IMG/VR virus record: IMGVR_UViG_3300031416_000018
Span: 1-45,669 of that record
DNA: 45,669 nt
Reading direction: 5' to 3' (one strand)
DNA from: a virus
The notes under the pieces are model-generated. The model was not told the DNA's origin. It searched no databases and saw only the letters and a list, made by a program, of their open reading frames with translations. This document shows positions 44,001 to 45,669 of this stretch, piece after piece. The position numbers were made by a program, and so were the translations under genes. How positions within the stretch are numbered: the first letter of the stretch is position 1; each line of letters starts with the position of its first letter.

Positions 44001-44294
44001 GTATCAAATATTAGCAATATGATTAATTTGGCTAAAAATGCCGGGGCGGTTCCTATATTGCTAACACCAATGCCAATTGATAGAAGTGTTTCAGCCGTTG
44101 GGACAGCTTATACAGATCAAAAAAGAAGTGATTTAGCTTTTGCGGTTAGAATGCTTGCAAAAAGAAAAGGAGTTAGATTAATTGATTTAGATAAGTTAGT
44201 TAACAACGATTATACATTACTTATTGATGGACTTCACCCGAATCCAAAAGGACATTTATTTATGAGTAATTCTATAAGTTCAGAATTCGTTTAA
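41040..44294 (+). CDS. Tail fibre / receptor-binding protein with a C-terminal SGNH (GDSL-like) esterase domain and a central propeller-like region
   Basis: Block I ILALGSSITNG, II NGGVNGQNT, III IIIEASINDA, V DGLHPNPKGH in order at the C-terminus. Central motifs GKYFLYFTAA, KSTDGFNFT and GDRWMMIYHS. Confidence 0.7.
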   Translation: MNNEILKQSVRDQIKENGNKEITGPILQNTILAVINQFGTGSVYGGFAVPTTVPANTDVNLFYLAKTPGTYTNFASYVLTEGKTVVFTNKTGVWVAEEYISVKSIKTIAKTGTVGLVDTYTITYTDNTIFTFTVTNGVKTVDWSATSFVSGVQVFKDGQIYESNAATVAGDVPGVSSKWIVKTTAFSEENFDNAAKEYITSELISRDLSTVNMPNKITAGTGSSIYTLLLTENVKLSKIRVKVANNGLGNLVYKRAGVITPIASNVNLVAGWNDVPVSFDALVSDYIGYSTQTSTSELYFADGTGGTYYANTGQVFNGNIAVEVYKESKKVNTFEELVTADLTGSDSNNQALGTSVFYGLEGLSKPKLRDLDYGVVSYFLLPETKDALGNNKINYSASGVTGNFAIDSYNFSFGFVINFPNLYTSDKNVATINLGSYTVVINVSPTKIGATIGTQSNSITYDYSNKKVAFAVVGDARFLNVYANGQRIGFLNVGKKASKIEFTLNQQDSKPVDSVVYWDRDISAERAAKYSTDYNPFDITSHKDKLYPSIGNQLSNNFLVGNPYFDVPAEQTIVKFKGKYFLYFTAAKSTPTNFIESGVAVATSNRIDGGYMMYTNDVVIGGLRNKAGVTRAMASWAGVINDTVYVFAAMDYTASNAGGKIFKSTDGFNFTLVGDFIPTGIPYLANIGIFPEKQSNNYYYGVVEGKPGGGPTWALYLVRSLNIESGWQVVQTLPTLAVNATGMYGGGDIFKSSNGDRWMMIYHSAYELPGNAPTALFYAESTEVEPKTWVKKGKLLDINDELPFYNAFNCDQVATPQIIEDNGKTYISEVLAQNAPELHCQIRLLEFDGNKEELFGVVPLEYNKQPLNFSVQSKAQLVLADTGFAKIPVDFTKILALGSSITNGVGSDGASGIDITKAWRTLLQVTLTNVLGRAITVINGGVNGQNTTSMNTALPGLITANSPQIIIIEASINDAQTSGVGITVAQSVSNISNMINLAKNAGAVPILLTPMPIDRSVSAVGTAYTDQKRSDLAFAVRMLAKRKGVRLIDLDKLVNNDYTLLIDGLHPNPKGHLFMSNSISSEFV

Positions 44295-44299
44295 TTTAA

Positions 44300-44327
44300 A
44301 ACCACCTTAACGGGTGGTTTTTTTATA
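44300..44327 (+). terminator. Intrinsic terminator after the fibre gene
   Basis: AACCACC-ttaacg-GGTGGTT then T-run. Confidence 0.8.
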
Positions 44328-44352
44328 ATTACTTGTAAATTAGGTAAATTTG
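44322..44352 (+). promoter_or_regulatory. Candidate promoter of the lysis cassette: TTTA-N19-TAAATTTG
   Basis: The -7 box matches TAnnTTTG exactly; the -33 has one mismatch. Confidence 0.45.
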
Positions 44353-44364
44353 TAAAAAAATAAT

Positions 44365-44778
44365 ATGCCACATAAACTATTACAAAGAATACGACAGTTA
44401 CAACGAAAAGTAATAAAATACAATTTAGCCGGTATTGCTTTAGCGTCTGTAATTTTTATTGTCGCAGGGATTGAGTTAATAAGCTGGAAACTACAAGACC
44501 TAAAAAATTACTGGAAAACAATTTATCCTATTTTAAATACATTAGTTATTTGGGTTTTTGCTTTTTCTTATTTACTTAAATTGATTTTTTTTAAATCATG
44601 TATTTATACTAAAATAGTAGTAGTATTATATTTGGTGATACAAACAATTAATTTAATTGCTATAGGATGTAAAATTAATTGGAATATCTATGATGAAATC
44701 GTTTATCCTATTTTAATAGGTGGGATATTATTATTAACAGTAATAAAATTTGCAAGATGGGTTTTTCAAAATCGTTAG
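44365..44778 (+). CDS. Four-TM membrane protein (holin candidate)
   Basis: Four hydrophobic helices; first gene of the lysis cassette. Confidence 0.45.
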   Translation: MPHKLLQRIRQLQRKVIKYNLAGIALASVIFIVAGIELISWKLQDLKNYWKTIYPILNTLVIWVFAFSYLLKLIFFKSCIYTKIVVVLYLVIQTINLIAIGCKINWNIYDEIVYPILIGGILLLTVIKFARWVFQNR

Positions 44779-45374
44779 GAATATTTGTAATGAAGGTTAT
44801 TTTTTTTAAAAAAGGCGCTTCATTGGTTTTTTCTTTTATAAGTAGTTATTTTTTAACTGTAAGTACAAAAGCCCTTTTTGATTTACTTGTAAAAGATGCA
44901 AATAAAAAGCTATTAATTTTCCCGTTTTTGTTTCAAATGTTCCATATGGGAATTTATACATTACTTACTATTATTGATTATAATTTTGGGAAAAGGGTAT
45001 CTATGAAAATTAAAAATGAGCCGTTTGACCCAAATAAATTAATAGATACAACCGTTAAATATTTAGCTACAGGTATTTTCACATTTATGTTAATGGGAAT
45101 GTCTATTGGCGGGGAGTTGATAGATTATCCATCAATTTGGTTTACTGCATTAATATTTCAGAATGCATTTTGGATCATGTCGAATGGTTATGAATACTCA
45201 TCAATAGGGAGACATTTTAAAGAAATGAGAGGTTACAAGCCTAACATTTTTGTGTTTTGGGATAAGGCTTTGGGTATAATAGAATTTAATTTTCTGAAAA
45301 ATTTAGACAAATCTGTACCAATCACCCCAAAAGAAAAAGAAGAAACTAACAAAACAGAGGAAAATGAAATCTAA
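44757..45374 (+). CDS. Multi-TM membrane protein (holin candidate; alternative start ATG 44790)
   Basis: Several hydrophobic helices and a charged Lys/Glu-rich C-terminus, as in holins. Confidence 0.45.
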   Translation: MGFSKSLGIFVMKVIFFKKGASLVFSFISSYFLTVSTKALFDLLVKDANKKLLIFPFLFQMFHMGIYTLLTIIDYNFGKRVSMKIKNEPFDPNKLIDTTVKYLATGIFTFMLMGMSIGGELIDYPSIWFTALIFQNAFWIMSNGYEYSSIGRHFKEMRGYKPNIFVFWDKALGIIEFNFLKNLDKSVPITPKEKEETNKTEENEI

Positions 45375-45669
45375 AAACATTTTAATTGTATTTATTGCGG
45401 CTATATTTATTGCCTCTTTTACATTCGTTTTGAAAAAATGTAGCGAGTTGCCGCCAGAAGTAATTGCGGGCAAATTAGAGCAGGTAAAGGACAAAAACGG
45501 AAACACGCATTTTAGAAAAGAAGTTGTAAAAAACACAACTGAGTTTTCAAAGAAAGAATTTGACAGTTTAAAAGAAATAATTGCCGGTAAAAATTCATTA
45601 TTGAATTTTAAAGATGTTCAAATATCAGCTATTACAAAATTAAATATGTCGATTAGAGATACTTTAAAA
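45364..45669 (+). CDS. N-terminal part of the junction-spanning ORF (continues at base 2..601)
   Basis: ATG 45364. MKSKNILIVFIAAIFIASFTFVLKKC is a signal-anchor. The frame is open to the window end and matches the frame at the window start. Confidence 0.7.
   Translation, partial: MKSKNILIVFIAAIFIASFTFVLKKCSELPPEVIAGKLEQVKDKNGNTHFRKEVVKNTTEFSKKEFDSLKEIIAGKNSLLNFKDVQISAITKLNMSIRDTLK
45543..45669. repeat. Terminal direct repeat copy B (identical to 1..127)
   Basis: See 1..127. Confidence 0.95.

Noticed and set aside
1-45669. Temperate lifestyle / prophage (integrase, CI-like repressor, att sites), tRNA genes, and replication enzymes
   Set aside because: No tyrosine/serine recombinase motifs, no LexA/CI-type peptidase-HTH repressor and no tRNA-like cloverleaf were seen in the few intergenic gaps. 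No DNA polymerase, primase or helicase motifs were seen. Absence is judged by eye only, so it is reported as not found rather than proven absent.

Overview
The window is a complete tailed-phage genome. Bases 1-127 repeat exactly at 45543-45669, an assembly-style overlap, so the unique sequence is 45,542 bp and closes into a circle. One ORF reads straight through the join.

General properties:
- The DNA is AT-rich and every credible gene is on the + strand.
- Genes are tightly packed, with many ATGA/TAATG start-stop overlaps.
- Start codons follow A/T-rich tracts rather than Shine-Dalgarno sequences.
- The clearest promoters match the Bacteroidota TTTG(-33)/TAnnTTTG(-7) consensus, so a Bacteroidota (Flavobacteriia-like) host is the best inference.

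Layout:
- Early and DNA-metabolism region, 1476-20257. It has four near-identical promoter-leader cassettes and XRE-type regulators. Recombination and replication genes are an Erf annealase, a PD-(D/E)XK nuclease, an initiator-like protein with internal iterons and a RuvC-like resolvase. Further genes are an orphan C5 cytosine methyltransferase, an SMC/SbcC-like ATPase, a DnaQ-like exonuclease, HNH, SSB and ASCH. It ends with a cluster of small secreted or membrane proteins that includes a double-glycine-leader peptide.
- Late region, 20349-44294, siphovirus-like. In order: a TerS-like gene, an 8-ORF accessory island, TerL, portal, scaffold-like proteins, major capsid, tape measure, tail-tip proteins and a 1084-aa fibre with an SGNH esterase domain.
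- Lysis cassette, from 44365 across the junction to 1388: multi-TM proteins, a membrane-anchored protein and an Amidase_3 endolysin.

I did not recognise an integrase, tRNA, CRISPR array, DNA polymerase, primase or helicase.

Most interesting observations:
- The four early leaders carry a small hairpin whose stem covaries while its loop is constant. One copy sits in a promoter-hairpin-small basic protein-terminator unit laid out like lambda pL-nutL-N-tL1. Promoter-less gene blocks lie behind intrinsic terminators. Together these suggest an undescribed nut/N-like antitermination circuit.
- The phage encodes a double-glycine-leader (bacteriocin-type) peptide module with a shared upstream motif.
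- A 76-codon frame stays open directly in frame after the exonuclease stop codon.

All functional calls rest on motifs read by eye. No database search was run.
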